A DNA stretch of 64,000 nucleotides from Actinomycetaceae bacterium (GCA_052093225.1 JBQDDG010000007.1:4671-68670); one strand, 5' to 3'; shown: positions 25,242-37,434, counted from the first letter of the stretch. Notes: generated by a model not told the origin, from the sequence alone. Made by a program: numbers and translations.

Positions 25242-25268
25242 CCCCGGGGGCCGCGTTCCGGACCCGGT

Positions 25269-25982
25269 CTACGCGGCCGGTTCGACGGGCCAGGCGCGCG
25301 AGATGACGTCCTCGCGCCCCTTGCTGCGCAGGAACTGCTCGAAGTTCTCCGCCCACGCGGCGTGCCAGCGGGCCTGGGCGGTGTGCATCTCGGCGGCGGT
25401 CATCTCGCCGATCTGGCCGTGCGTGCGCGCGAGCGCCCCGAGGACGGCGAGCGTGTGGGCGACGTCGCCGTCGGCCGTGTGGGCGGCGGCGTTCTCGTCC
25501 ACGCCGTAGGCCTGGCCCATGAGCTCGAGCGTGCGCTTGCCCTTGCGGTAGCGGTCGACGTGCCGGTCCACCACGAGCGGGTCGACGACGGGCGAGACCT
25601 CCCGGCCGAGCCGCTCCTCGAGCGTGGGCAGGCCGTGCCGCACGAGCTCCGCCCGCAGGATCGTCAGGTCGTAGGTGGCGTTGAACGCCACGAGCACCGC
25701 GCCGGAGGACAGGGCACCGGCGATGACGGTGGCGACCTCGTCGAGCGCCTGGACCGGCGGCGCACCGTGCTCCCGGGCGTAGGCGGTCGTGATCCCGTGC
25801 ACCGCCGTCGCCCCCTCCGGGATCTCGACCCCCGGGTCGACGAGCCACGTGCGGGACTGCCCGGCCGAGCCGTCGGCCTCCCGGACGACGAGCGCGGCGG
25901 TGACCACCCGGTCCGCCGCGACGTCGACCCCCGTGGTCTCCGTGTCGAAGCCGAGCCACACGGCGTTCGTCCATCCGGTCAT
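25269..25982 (-). CDS. DEDDh 3'-5' exonuclease (DnaQ-like)
   Basis: GFDTETTG (Exo I), AFNATYD (Exo II) and AHTADGD (Exo III). Confidence 0.9.
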   Translation of the reverse strand: MTGWTNAVWLGFDTETTGVDVAADRVVTAALVVREADGSAGQSRTWLVDPGVEIPEGATAVHGITTAYAREHGAPPVQALDEVATVIAGALSSGAVLVAFNATYDLTILRAELVRHGLPTLEERLGREVSPVVDPLVVDRHVDRYRKGKRTLELMGQAYGVDENAAAHTADGDVAHTLAVLGALARTHGQIGEMTAAEMHTAQARWHAAWAENFEQFLRSKGREDVISRAWPVEPAA

Positions 25983-26047
25983 GCGTCCTCCTGACGTCGG
26001 GCCCACTGTCGCAGAACCTGCCGACATCGGGCAGGTAACCTCCACAT

Positions 26048-27172
26048 GTGAACATCGAGATCGAGATCGGACGCGGCAAGCGCGGGCGCCGCGCGTATTC
26101 CTTCGACGACATCGCCGTCGTGCCCTCCCGCCGCACGCGCGACCCGGAGGACGTGTCGATCACCTGGCAGATCGACGCCTACCAGGTGGACATCCCCGTC
26201 CTCGCGGCGCCGATGGACTCGGTGATGTCCCCGGCCACCGCGGTGGCGCTCGGCCGGCTCGGCGGCATCGGCGTCCTCGACCTCGAGGGTCTGTGGACCC
26301 GGTACGAGGACCCGGCCCCGTTCTACGACGAGATCGCCCGGCTGGACGAGGACGCCGCGATCACGCGCATGAAGGAGATCTACGCCGAGCCGATCAAGCC
26401 CGAGCTCATCACCGCGCGCCTGCAGGAGATCCGCGCGAGCGGCGTCACCGTCGCCGGCTCGCTGTCCCCGCAGCGCACGCAGGAGCACTGGCGCACGGTC
26501 GTCAGCGCCGGCGTCGACCTCTTCGTCATCCGCGGCACCACCGTGTCCGCCGAGCACGTCTCCTCTGCCGCCGAGCCGCTCAACCTCAAGCGGTTCATCT
26601 ACGAGCTCGACGTCCCCGTCCTCGTCGGCGGCGCGGCCACCTACACGGCCGCCCTCCACCTCATGCGCACGGGCGCGGCGGGCGTGCTCGTCGGCTTCGG
26701 CGGCGGCGCCGCCTCGACGACGCGCCAGGCCCTCGGCATCCACGTCCCCATGGCCTCGGCGATCGCCGACGTCGCCGCCGCGCGCCGCGACTACCTCGAC
26801 GAGTCGGGCGGACGGTACGTCCACGTCGTCGCCGACGGCGGGGTCGGGCACGCGGGGAACCTCGTCAAGGCCGTGGCCTGCGGGGCCGACGCCGTCATGC
26901 TCGGCGCCGCGCTCGCCCGCGCCGAGGAGGCGCCCGGCAGGGGCTGGCACTGGGGCCCCGAGGCCTACCACCCGCAGCTGCCGCGCGGCCACCGGGTCAA
27001 GGTCGGCACCTCCGGGACGCTCGAGGAGATCCTCCACGGGCCCTCCGACCGCGCCGACGGCACCGTCAACCTCACCGGAGCACTGCGCCGCGCGATGGCC
27101 ACGACCGGCTACTCCGACGTCAAGGAGTTCCAGCGCGTCGAGGTCGTCGTCTCGCCGTACCAGGCGTCCTGA
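26048..27172 (+). CDS. guaB3: GuaB3-family IMP dehydrogenase-related protein
   Basis: [39 protein letters not shown] and [21 protein letters not shown]. Confidence 0.95.
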   Translation: MNIEIEIGRGKRGRRAYSFDDIAVVPSRRTRDPEDVSITWQIDAYQVDIPVLAAPMDSVMSPATAVALGRLGGIGVLDLEGLWTRYEDPAPFYDEIARLDEDAAITRMKEIYAEPIKPELITARLQEIRASGVTVAGSLSPQRTQEHWRTVVSAGVDLFVIRGTTVSAEHVSSAAEPLNLKRFIYELDVPVLVGGAATYTAALHLMRTGAAGVLVGFGGGAASTTRQALGIHVPMASAIADVAAARRDYLDESGGRYVHVVADGGVGHAGNLVKAVACGADAVMLGAALARAEEAPGRGWHWGPEAYHPQLPRGHRVKVGTSGTLEEILHGPSDRADGTVNLTGALRRAMATTGYSDVKEFQRVEVVVSPYQAS

Positions 27173-27335
27173 CCCGGCGCGGAGGGGCCTTCTGGGCCTT
27201 CGCGGTGCGTCACCGGGCCGCGGGTGCCGTGAGCGCGGTCCGGGGCGCCTCCGCCTGCCCGCCGCGGGTGGGAGACTGTGGGCGAGCGGGCGCTTGGCTG
27301 CGCCCCCAGCACCGGAGCGAGAGGGAGACAACGAC

Positions 27336-28730
27336 GTGACCGAGTACCGGACCGAGCACGACACGATGGGAGAGGTGCAGGTCCCCAAGGACGCCCTCTA
27401 CGCGGCCCAGACCCAGCGCGCGGTGGAGAACTTCCCGATCTCCGGCAAGACGCTGACGCCGCACCACATCCACGCGCTCGGCCAGATCAAGCGGGCCGCG
27501 GCCATCGCCAACAAGGAGCTCGGCGTCGTCGACGGGCCGGTCGCCGACGCGGTCGCCGCCGCCGCGGAGCAGGTGGCGGCGGGGGAGCACGACGGCGAGT
27601 TCCCCATCGACGTCTTCCAGACCGGCTCGGGCACGAGCTCGAACATGAACACCAACGAGGTGGTCGCGACGATCGCCACGCGCGACTCGGGCCTCGCGGT
27701 GCACCCGAACGACCACGTCAACGCCTCGCAGTCGTCGAACGACACCTTCCCGAGCTCGATCCACATCGCCGCCACGCACGTCCTCGTGCGCGAACTCGTC
27801 CCGAACCTCACCGTCCTCGCCGAGTCGCTCGAGCGGAAGGCCGAGCAGTTCGCGGACATCGTCAAGTCGGGCCGCACACACCTCATGGACGCCACCCCGA
27901 TCACGCTCGGGCAGGAGTTCTCCGGGTACGCGCAGCAGATCCGCAACGGCATCGCCCGCGTGGAGGCCACAGCCCCCCGCCTCGCCGAGCTCCCCCTCGG
28001 TGGCACCGCCGTCGGGACCGGGATCAACACCCCGGAGGGCTTCGCGCCGCGCGTCATCGCCCTCATCGCGGAGCACACGGGCCTGCCGCTGACCGAGGCG
28101 CCCAACCACTTCGAGGCCCAGGCCGCGCTCGACTCGGCGGTCGAGACCTCCGGTGCGCTGCGCACGGTGGCCGTCTCGCTGACGAAGATCGCCAACGACA
28201 TCCGGTGGGGCGGCTCCGGGCCCCGCACCGGGCTCGGCGAGCTGCGGCTGCCGGACCTGCAGCCGGGCTCGTCGATCATGCCGGGCAAGGTCAACCCCGT
28301 CCTCCCGGAGGCGACGATCCAGGTGGCCGCCCAGGTCATCGGCAACGACGCGGCGATCGCGTTCGCGGGCGCGCAGGGCAACTTCGACCTGCTCGTCATG
28401 CTGCCGGTGATGGCGCAGAACCTGCTCGAGTCGATGACGATCCTCGGCAACGTCTCGCGCGTCCTCGCCGAGCGGTGCATCGACGGGCTCGAGGCGGACG
28501 AGGAGCGCTGCCTGCGGCTGGCTCAGTCCTCGCCGTCGATCGTCACCCCGCTCAACCGGGTCATCGGCTACGAGGCGGCGGCGAAGATCGCCAAGCACTC
28601 CGTCGCGAGCGGGCTGACCATCCGCGAGGCCGTGGTCGACCTCGGCTTCGTCGAGCGCGGCGAGATCAGCGAGCAGCAGCTGGACGAGCTGCTCGACGTG
28701 CGCACGATGACGGGCCCGAACCGGTCCTGA
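27336..28730 (+). CDS. fumC: Class II fumarate hydratase
   Basis: [32 protein letters not shown] and [11 protein letters not shown]. Confidence 0.97.
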   Translation: MTEYRTEHDTMGEVQVPKDALYAAQTQRAVENFPISGKTLTPHHIHALGQIKRAAAIANKELGVVDGPVADAVAAAAEQVAAGEHDGEFPIDVFQTGSGTSSNMNTNEVVATIATRDSGLAVHPNDHVNASQSSNDTFPSSIHIAATHVLVRELVPNLTVLAESLERKAEQFADIVKSGRTHLMDATPITLGQEFSGYAQQIRNGIARVEATAPRLAELPLGGTAVGTGINTPEGFAPRVIALIAEHTGLPLTEAPNHFEAQAALDSAVETSGALRTVAVSLTKIANDIRWGGSGPRTGLGELRLPDLQPGSSIMPGKVNPVLPEATIQVAAQVIGNDAAIAFAGAQGNFDLLVMLPVMAQNLLESMTILGNVSRVLAERCIDGLEADEERCLRLAQSSPSIVTPLNRVIGYEAAAKIAKHSVASGLTIREAVVDLGFVERGEISEQQLDELLDVRTMTGPNRS

Positions 28731-28744
28731 CGCGTTCCTCCACC

Positions 28745-28990
28745 GGACAGGGGGTGTGGCCACTAGGGAGGGGTCCGTGTGGCCTGCCCAGTGGGGCAAG
28801 TCCCTGCCCAGTGGGACCTGATGCGCCGGCGCGCGCGGGCGCGGTCCGGTTTCTGCTCGCGCGCGCTGCAGGGCGGGCTGCTGCTCGGCCTTCACTGGGC
28901 AGGGGGTGTGGCCACTAGGGAGGCGTCCGTGTGGCCTGCCCAGTGGGACAAGCCCCTGTCCAGTGGGACGTGACGCGCCGGCGCGCGCGG
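28745..28990. repeat. Two 94-bp direct repeats with internal palindromes (BIME/REP-like)
   Basis: 28745-28838 versus 28897-28990, 7 mismatches; internal CCTG(C/T)CCAGTGGG sub-repeats and an inverted CACTGGGCAGG copy. Confidence 0.85.
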
Positions 28991-28997
28991 ACCGGCC

Positions 28998-29080
28998 GAC
29001 GAACCGCAATCTCGACGGCGACGAACCGCAATCTCGGTGACGAACCGCAGTCTCGACGGTGACGAACCGCAATCTCGACG
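28998..29080. repeat. Tandem array of 4 x ~19-22 bp GACGAACCGCA(A/G)TCTCG units (REP-like)
   Basis: Copies start at 28998, 29020, 29039 and 29061. Confidence 0.9.
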
Positions 29081-29106
29081 AGCCCCGGGAGTCCCGGCGG
29101 CAGGGG

Positions 29107-30290
<1,184 letters not shown>

Positions 30291-30294
<4 letters not shown>

Positions 30295-32360
30295 GCGATC
30301 TCCTGACCCTGGGCCTGGACGGCCGTGATGGCGACCGTGTTGACGATGTCGCCGACCAGGGCGCCTCGCGAGAGGTCGTTGACCGGCTTGTTGAGGCCCT
30401 GGAGCACGGGGCCGACGGCGACCGCGCCCGCGGAGCGCTGGACCGCCTTGTAGGTGTTGTTGCCCGTGTTGAGGTCCGGGAAGACGAAGACCGTCGCGCG
30501 GCCGGCGACCTCGCTCCCGGGCAGCTTCTTCGAGGCGACGGAGGCGTCGACCGCGGCGTCGTACTGGATCGGGCCCTCGACGACGAGCTCGGCGGCCCGC
30601 TCCCGCACGGCGTCCGTCGCCGCGCGCACCTTCTCCACCTCGGCGCCGGAGCCGGACGCGCCGGTGGAGTAGGACAGCATGGCGATCCGCGGGTCCACCC
30701 CGAACTGCGCGGCCGTCTCGGCGGAGCTGATGGCGATGTCGGCGAGCTGGCCCGCGTCCGGGTCGGGGTTGACGGCGCAGTCGCCGTAGACGAGGACGCG
30801 GTCGGCGAGGCACATGAAGAACACCGAGCTGACGATCGAGACGCCGGGGCGGGTCCTGATGATCTCGAAGGACGGCTTGATCGTGTGCGCGGTGGTGTGG
30901 GCGGCGCCGGAGACCATGCCGCCGGCGTGGCCGAGGTGGACCATGAGGGTGCCGAAGTAGGAGACGTCGGTGACGATCTCGCGCGCCCGGTCGAGCGTCA
31001 TCCCCTTGTGCTCGCGCAGCCGGGTGTACTCGGCCGCGTACTCCTCGACGAGCTCGGAGGTGGCCGGGTCGATGACGTCGGCGGCGTCGATGTCGAGACC
31101 GAGCTCGGCGGCGCGCGCCCGCACCTCGGACTCCTTGCCGAGGATCGTCAGGTCGGCGACCTGACGGGACAGGACGGTCGAGGCGGCGCGCAGGATCCGG
31201 TCGTCGTCCCCCTCGGGCAGCACGATGCGCTTGCGGTCCGCCCGGGCGCGGTCGAGCAGGGTGGCCTCGAACATCAGGGGCGTGACGACGTCGGTGGTCG
31301 GCAGGTCGAGCAGCTCGAGGATGCGTTCGGCGTCGAGGTTCTGCTCGATGACGCCGAGCGCGAGGTCCCGCTTGCGCTGCGTGTGGCGCGACATCACGCC
31401 GCGCGTCCCGGAGACCTTCATCGCCGTCTCGAACGTGTCGTCCTCGGTGGTGATGACCGGCAGCCGGTCGACGAGGCCCGACATGAGCTGTCGCAGCTGC
31501 TCGCTCGGCAGGTGCCCGCCGTTGAGGACCAGTCCGGACAGCGAGGGGAAGCCCTCGGCCGCGTGGGAGGCGATGACGGCGAGCACGGCGTCGACCCGGT
31601 CCGCGGGCGCGATGACGAGCGTGCCCTCCTTCAGCCGCTCGATGATGTGCTCGGCGTTCATGCCGGTGACGAGGATGTGCTCGGCCTCGCGGGAGAGCAG
31701 GTCAGGCTCGCCGAGGTAGAGGCGGCCGCCGAGCGCGCGGCGGACCTCCTCCACCGTGGGGGCGGCGAGGACGGGGATCTCCGGCAGCACGCCGGTGGGC
31801 AGGTCGTCGCCCGCGAAGGCGGCCCGGACCTCCTCGAGCCGGTCGCTCTCGCACCGGTTGACGACGACGCCGACGGTGCGGGCGTGCCCCTCGGCGATCT
31901 CGTTGCGGCCGACCTGGATGACCTGACGGATCTCCTCGATGTCCCGGCCGAGACCGCGCGCGACGAGGAGCACGGGTGCGCCGAGGTTGGCGGCGATCCT
32001 GGCGTTGGCGGCGAGCTCGGTCGGCGTGGTGACGTCGGTGTAGTCGGAGCCGACGATGACGACGACGTCGGTCTGGCGGGCGACGGCGCGGTACCGCTCG
32101 ACGATCGTCGTCAGGGCGGCGCCCTCGTCCGCGAACCACTCGTCGTAGGTGACGCCGAGGCAGTCGTCGAAGGAGAGGTCGACGGCGTCGTGCTCGAGCA
32201 GGAGCTCGAGGACCGGGTCGCGCTCGTCCCGCGACTCGACGAGCGGGCGGAACACGCCGACCGTCGACGCCCGGCGCGCGAGCTGGTCGACGATGCCGAG
32301 CGCGACGAGCGACTTCCCCGTGAAGCCTTCGATCGAGGCGACGTACAAGCTCTGGGTCAT
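30291..32360 (-). CDS. pta: Phosphate acetyltransferase (long form with DRTGG-type N-terminus)
   Basis: N-terminal GFTGKS; C-terminal RIVLPEG, VSGAAHTTA, EGPIQYDAA, FPDLNTGNNTYKAVQR and PVNDLSRG. Confidence 0.97.
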
Positions 32361-32514
32361 GCTCCGGGCTCCTTGTCAGGGTGGACGGGACGCGGTGCCG
32401 ATGCTTCCAGATCGCTGCCCACCGTGCCCGTCACCACGTGGCGGAGGGACGGCGGGCCCGGTGTGGGCAACGACGGCCCAGTCAACACCCTGCGCGCTCG
32501 CCTACCCTTGGACC

Positions 32515-33687
32515 ATGGACCCGACCGCCGACCGATCCGCCGGGGTAGACGCGGAGCAGCGGCCCGAGGCCGGCGGGGTCGCGACGGCACAGGAGCAGGC
32601 GGCCGCCCGGCACGAGCAGGGGAGGGCCCGGCACGACGGGTCGGCGGCCCGGCACGACGGGTCGGCGGCTCACGAGGACCGGCCGACGGCGTCGCCGGAC
32701 CCGGCACCCGGGCCGCACCCCGGTCGGGGGCTCGCCCCCGACAGGGACCCCGCGGCGATCGCGGCCGACGCCGCCGCGGCCACATTGGCGAGGGGGTCGA
32801 AGGGATCCAGAAGGGCGGCGCGGAGGCGCAGGCCGCGGCTTCGCCCCGGCGAGCTCTGGCGCTCGGCTCTCTCGCCCCGGATGATCGGCTTCCTCGTGCT
32901 GCTCCTGGCCGCCGCGGTGGTCTGCGTCCAGCTCTCCGCGTGGCAGTTCGACCGCGCGGCCCTGCGCGGCGCCGAGCGGGCGGTCGCCGCCCACGAGGCC
33001 ACCCTCTCGGCCGACCCGGTGCCGCTCGAGGACGTGCTGCGCACGCAGACGAGCTTCGGCGCCGACGTCTACGCCACCGGCGTGAGCGTGACCGGCGAGT
33101 GGGAGCAGGACCACCAGGTGCTCGTCGTCGACCGCGCGGTGGAGGGGGCGGAGGCCGTCCTCGTCGTCACGTCGCTGCGGCTCACGGACGGGCCCGACGC
33201 CGGCGCGATGCTCCCGGTGCTGCGCGGCTGGCTCCCGGCCGACCAGGTGGAGATCAGCGCGGAGGGCGCCGTGGCCGAGGACCCGGGCGCGCTCACGGTT
33301 CCGGATGGTCAGGTCGAGGTCGTCGGGCACCTGTCGAACTCCGAGCAGGTGCGTGACGGGAGCACCGCCCCCGGCACGGAGCTGTCCATCTCGTCCGGGG
33401 CGCTCGCGGGCGCCTGGGGCGGACCCACGTTCTCCGGCTACCTCGTCCAGGGTGCCCACGACGGCGAGGGCTGGGTCGGGCTCGACGACGGCCTCACCCA
33501 GGCCCCGGACCCGACGATCGCCGTCGACACCGGGTTCAACCTCCAGAACCTCGCCTACGCCGTCGAGTGGCTGGTCTTCGGGGGCTTCGCCCTGTGGCTG
33601 TGGTGGCGCCTGGTGCGTGACGACGCGCTCGACCGCCGCGACGAGGAGCTGCTCGCGGCCGCCGAGCCTCGACGACCCCACGAGTGA
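32515..33687 (+). CDS. SURF1-family protein
   Basis: N-terminal TM (LSAWQFDRA), PVLRGW, GGPTFSGY and C-terminal NLQNLAYAVEWLVFGGFALWLWWRLVRD. Confidence 0.82.
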   Translation: MDPTADRSAGVDAEQRPEAGGVATAQEQAAARHEQGRARHDGSAARHDGSAAHEDRPTASPDPAPGPHPGRGLAPDRDPAAIAADAAAATLARGSKGSRRAARRRRPRLRPGELWRSALSPRMIGFLVLLLAAAVVCVQLSAWQFDRAALRGAERAVAAHEATLSADPVPLEDVLRTQTSFGADVYATGVSVTGEWEQDHQVLVVDRAVEGAEAVLVVTSLRLTDGPDAGAMLPVLRGWLPADQVEISAEGAVAEDPGALTVPDGQVEVVGHLSNSEQVRDGSTAPGTELSISSGALAGAWGGPTFSGYLVQGAHDGEGWVGLDDGLTQAPDPTIAVDTGFNLQNLAYAVEWLVFGGFALWLWWRLVRDDALDRRDEELLAAAEPRRPHE

Positions 33688-33847
33688 GGGGCTTCTTCCA
33701 CGAGTGAGGGGTGCGCGGCGTCCAGGTGATCGCCGCCGCGGTCGCGACGCTTCTCGTTCCACGTCTGAGGGGCGGCCGGGCGGCCGGCCCGCCGGCCGGG
33801 TGCTGGACCTGTGCGGACACGTGCCACGCAGCGTGCCCCTCACTCGT
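33678..33847. repeat. REP-like cluster CCACGAGTGAGGGG between convergent genes
   Basis: Direct copies at 33678, 33698 and 33759 (variant); inverted CCCCTCACTCGT at 33836-33847. Confidence 0.7.
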
Positions 33848-33856
33848 CGGGACAGG

Positions 33857-35590
33857 TCAGTCCTGCTGCCAGCTCTCCCAGAGCGCGGCGTACTCGCCGC
33901 CGGCGGCGACCAGCTCGTCGTGCGGGCCGAGCTCCACGATCCGGCCGTCCTCCACGACGGCGACCCGGTCGGCGTCGTGCGCGGTGTGCAGCCGGTGCGC
34001 GATGGCGACCACCGTCCGCCCGGCGAGCACGTTGGACAGCGACCGTTCGAGGTGGCGGGCGGCGCGCGGGTCGAGCAGCGAGGTGGCCTCGTCGAGGACG
34101 AGCGTGTGCGGGTCGAGGAGCACGAGGCGCGCGAGAGCGAGCTGCTGGGCCTGCGCGGGCGTGAGGTCGAGCGAGCCGGAGCCCACCTCGGTGGCGAGGC
34201 CGTGCTCGAGGCGGTCGACCCACTCGAGCGCGTCGACGGCGTCCAGCGCGCGCCGCATGCCGTCCTCGTCGACGCCCTCGTCCGCGAGCCGCAGGTTGTC
34301 CGCGAGCGTCCCGACGAACACGTGGTGCTCCTGCGTGACGAGCGCGACCTGGCGCCGCAGCTCCTCCTCGGGCAGGTCGACGAGCCGGACCCCGCCGACG
34401 GTGACGGAGCCGCCGGTGGGCGGGTGGATGCCGGCGAGCATGCGACCGAAGGTCGACTTGCCCGCGCCGGAGGGGCCGACGATCGCCAGGCGCTCGCCGG
34501 GCCTGAGGTCGAGGTCGATGCCGTGCAGGACGTCCTTGCCCTCGACGTAGGCGTAGCGCACCTCGCGCGCGGTGATCTCGGTGCCGGTGGGCCGGTCGCC
34601 GGCGGCTGTGCGGTCCGGCGTCACGAGCGAGACGCCGAAGATGCGGGCGAGGGACGCGGTGGCGACCTGCAGCTCGTCGATCCACATGAGGAGCTCGGTG
34701 AAGGGCTGGCGGACCTGCATCGCGTAGAGCGCGACGGTGGTGACGGCGCCGATCGACACGACGTCGTTCCCGATGAGCCAGGCACCCCACAGCACGACGG
34801 CGGCGAGCGGCAGGACGAAGCTGAGCTCGAGGCTGCGGAAGAGGTGGACGCGCAGCCAGATGGTGACGACCTCCCAGTGCCACGCCTCCGCCATCGCCTC
34901 GTCCGAGCGGCGGCGGCGCGCGCGGCCGAGCGACAGGGCGTCGACGGTGCCGGCCTGCTCGACGTTCTCGGTGACGACCCCGTTGATCTCCGCGAAGGCG
35001 GCGGAGTCCGCGAGGTAGGCGGGCATGGCCCGCCTGAGGTAGCGACGGGCGCTCCACCACAGCAGCGGCAGCCCGACGAGCAGGCCGATCGCCACCCGCC
35101 AGTCCACGAGGAACGCGGCGCCGTAGGTGAGGACGACCGTGGTCGCGCCGACGAGCAGCGCGGGGATGCCGAAGCGCAGCACCCACTGCACGCGGTCGAT
35201 GTCGTTGGTCGTGCGTCCGAGCAGGTCGCCGGTGCCGGCGCGCTCGACGGTCGAGAGCGGCAGGTGCGTGACGGTGCGCAGGAAGTCCTCGCGCAGCTCG
35301 GCGAAGAGCTGCTCACCGAGCACGAGGGACGCGCGGTGCGCCCAGGCGGCGAGCAGGGTCTGCAGCACGACGGCGGCCACGAGCCAGAGCGCGGTGCGGT
35401 CGACCTCGCTCGCCGTCGTCCCCGCGGCGACGGAGTCGACGAGGCGGCCGAGCAGCCACGGCATCGTCAGCGCCGCGACGGCCGCGAGGGCCTGGACGGT
35501 GACGACGAGCGCGAGCTGGCCGGCGTGCGCGCGCAGGAAGCGCAGACCGAGGCGCGCCGTGGTGGGGGCGTCGGCGACGGGGAGCCTCAT
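33857..35590 (-). CDS. ABC exporter half-transporter (TMD+NBD), catalytically consensus subunit
   Basis: Six TM segments; GPSGAGKS, LVLDEATS and AIAHRL; degenerate signature (LTPAQ). Confidence 0.93.
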   Translation of the reverse strand: MRLPVADAPTTARLGLRFLRAHAGQLALVVTVQALAAVAALTMPWLLGRLVDSVAAGTTASEVDRTALWLVAAVVLQTLLAAWAHRASLVLGEQLFAELREDFLRTVTHLPLSTVERAGTGDLLGRTTNDIDRVQWVLRFGIPALLVGATTVVLTYGAAFLVDWRVAIGLLVGLPLLWWSARRYLRRAMPAYLADSAAFAEINGVVTENVEQAGTVDALSLGRARRRRSDEAMAEAWHWEVVTIWLRVHLFRSLELSFVLPLAAVVLWGAWLIGNDVVSIGAVTTVALYAMQVRQPFTELLMWIDELQVATASLARIFGVSLVTPDRTAAGDRPTGTEITAREVRYAYVEGKDVLHGIDLDLRPGERLAIVGPSGAGKSTFGRMLAGIHPPTGGSVTVGGVRLVDLPEEELRRQVALVTQEHHVFVGTLADNLRLADEGVDEDGMRRALDAVDALEWVDRLEHGLATEVGSGSLDLTPAQAQQLALARLVLLDPHTLVLDEATSLLDPRAARHLERSLSNVLAGRTVVAIAHRLHTAHDADRVAVVEDGRIVELGPHDELVAAGGEYAALWESWQQD

Positions 35591-37434
35591 CGCACGGCCT
35601 CCTGCTCGTCCTCGGCCGTGGTGCGGGTGACGACGGCGCGGTACCGGCGGGCGACAGGGTCGCCCTCGCGGGCGCGACGGGCCAGCTCGGCGTGCGGGGC
35701 TGCGGCGGTCACCCGTCCGGCGTCGAGGAACGCGACGGAGTCCGCGTGCTCGAGCATGAGCGGGGAGGACGTGACGACGACGGTGGTCCGGCCGGCCCGG
35801 CGCTCCGCGAGCGCGCCGGCGATCCGGGACTCCGTGTGGGCGTCGACGGCGGAGGTCGGCTCGACGAGGACGAGCGCCGGCGCCTCGGTGAGCAGGGCGC
35901 GGGCGAGCGCGACCCGCTGGCGCTGACCGCCGGACAGCGAACGGCCCTTCTCGGCGATCTCGCCGTCGAGCGTGCCGCCGACGGAGTCGAGGACGTCCTG
36001 GCCGTCGGCGGCGGCGAGCGCCGTGAGGAGCGCCGCGTCGTCGCCGGTCTCGCGCACGTCGAGCGTCTCGCGCAGCGTGCCGGCGAACAGCTCGGGGTTC
36101 GAGCCCGCGACGACGACCCGCTCGCGGACCTCGGCCACGGGCAGCTCGTTAACGGGGGTGCCGTCGATCAGGGCGGGGGAGCGGGGCGGCGTGGCCGGGG
36201 AGCCGGTCGCGTCCGGGACCAGGTTCGGGTCGACGAGCCCGAGGTCGGACTGCTCGGGGTCGAGGAGCCGGCCGAGCCGGGCGGCGAGCGCGTTCGCGTC
36301 CTCGGGCGGGTCCGAGACGACGGCGACGAACCGGCCGGCGTCGGCGACGAACCCCGAGGTGGGGTCGGCCAGCGCCACGCCGTCGCCCGTCCGGGCCGGC
36401 CCGGGGGAGGGGCGGGCGTCGGCGGCCTCGGACTCCGCGAGCGTGCCCGCCGAGGGCTCGGTCCCGACGACGTTGATCACCTTGTCGGCGCCCACCCGCG
36501 CCCGGACGAGCACCTGGATGAACTGGGTGAAGGACTGCAGCGGCGCGGCGAGGTAGGTGGTGAAGCCGAACAGGGTGACGAGGCCGCCGGGCGTCATGTC
36601 CCCGGTCAGCGCGAGGTGGGCGCCGAACCAGACGACGAACGCGACGAACAGTCCGGGCAGGAGCACCTGGAGGCCGCGCATCATCGAGGCGATCGTCGCG
36701 ACCGAGACGCCCGCGCGGCGCACCTCCTGCGAGCGGGTGGCGTAGCGGTCGGTGAAGACGTCCTCGCCGCCGATGCCGCGCAGCACGCGCAGGCCGGCCA
36801 CCGTGTCCGTGGCGAGCGCGCCGAGCCGCCCCTGGGCCTCGCGCTGGGCCTTCTGCCGCACCTGGAGGGGCTTGATGAGCAGGGCGACGACGGCGGAGAC
36901 GAGCGGCATCCCGACGAGCACGACGAGGCCGAGCAGCACGGAGGACCCGAAGAGCACGCCCGCGACGAACACGACCCCGAACAGCGACCCGACGAAGCGC
37001 TGGGTCATCTCGAAGAAGTTGCCGATGTGGAACGTGTCGTTGGTGATCGTCGCGACGACCTCGCCCGTGGGGGCGTTCTTCGTGACGTTCGGGCCGACGC
37101 GCGTGACGTGGTGGCCGACGAGCCGGCTCGTGTGGAACGTGCCGTGCACCCAGCACAGCGTCTCGTAGAGGTGCCCGTAGGCCGAGGAGAGGGAGGCGAC
37201 GACGCCGACGAGCAGGACGGCGCCCGCCCCCCACCAGGTGGCGGCCGAGAGCCCCTCGGTGAGCCCGGCGTCGAGGGCGCGGCCGAGCACGAGCGGGATC
37301 GCCGCCGTCGAGACCTGCTTGACGACGCCGAAGGCCACCGCCACCAGCAGCGCGAGCCGCTGCTGCCGGGCCAGCCACAGCAGGACGCTGTTCGCGCTGG
37401 TCAGGGGAGGGGACCCGGGATGGCCGGTGGGCAT
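35587..37434 (-). CDS. ABC exporter half-transporter (TMD+NBD), degenerate subunit
   Basis: TMD; intact LSGGQRQR signature but no Walker A, Walker B reads LVLVEP, and the H-loop is replaced (VVVTSS). Confidence 0.9.
   Translation of the reverse strand: MPTGHPGSPPLTSANSVLLWLARQQRLALLVAVAFGVVKQVSTAAIPLVLGRALDAGLTEGLSAATWWGAGAVLLVGVVASLSSAYGHLYETLCWVHGTFHTSRLVGHHVTRVGPNVTKNAPTGEVVATITNDTFHIGNFFEMTQRFVGSLFGVVFVAGVLFGSSVLLGLVVLVGMPLVSAVVALLIKPLQVRQKAQREAQGRLGALATDTVAGLRVLRGIGGEDVFTDRYATRSQEVRRAGVSVATIASMMRGLQVLLPGLFVAFVVWFGAHLALTGDMTPGGLVTLFGFTTYLAAPLQSFTQFIQVLVRARVGADKVINVVGTEPSAGTLAESEAADARPSPGPARTGDGVALADPTSGFVADAGRFVAVVSDPPEDANALAARLGRLLDPEQSDLGLVDPNLVPDATGSPATPPRSPALIDGTPVNELPVAEVRERVVVAGSNPELFAGTLRETLDVRETGDDAALLTALAAADGQDVLDSVGGTLDGEIAEKGRSLSGGQRQRVALARALLTEAPALVLVEPTSAVDAHTESRIAGALAERRAGRTTVVVTSSPLMLEHADSVAFLDAGRVTAAAPHAELARRAREGDPVARRYRAVVTRTTAEDEQEAVR

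Noticed and set aside
28745-28990. CRISPR or IS element
   Set aside because: Only two 94-bp units, no transposase ORF, and no spacer structure.
28998-29080. CRISPR array
   Set aside because: Units are 19-22 bp, head-to-tail with no unique spacers, and no cas genes are present; better explained as REP-like tandem repeats.
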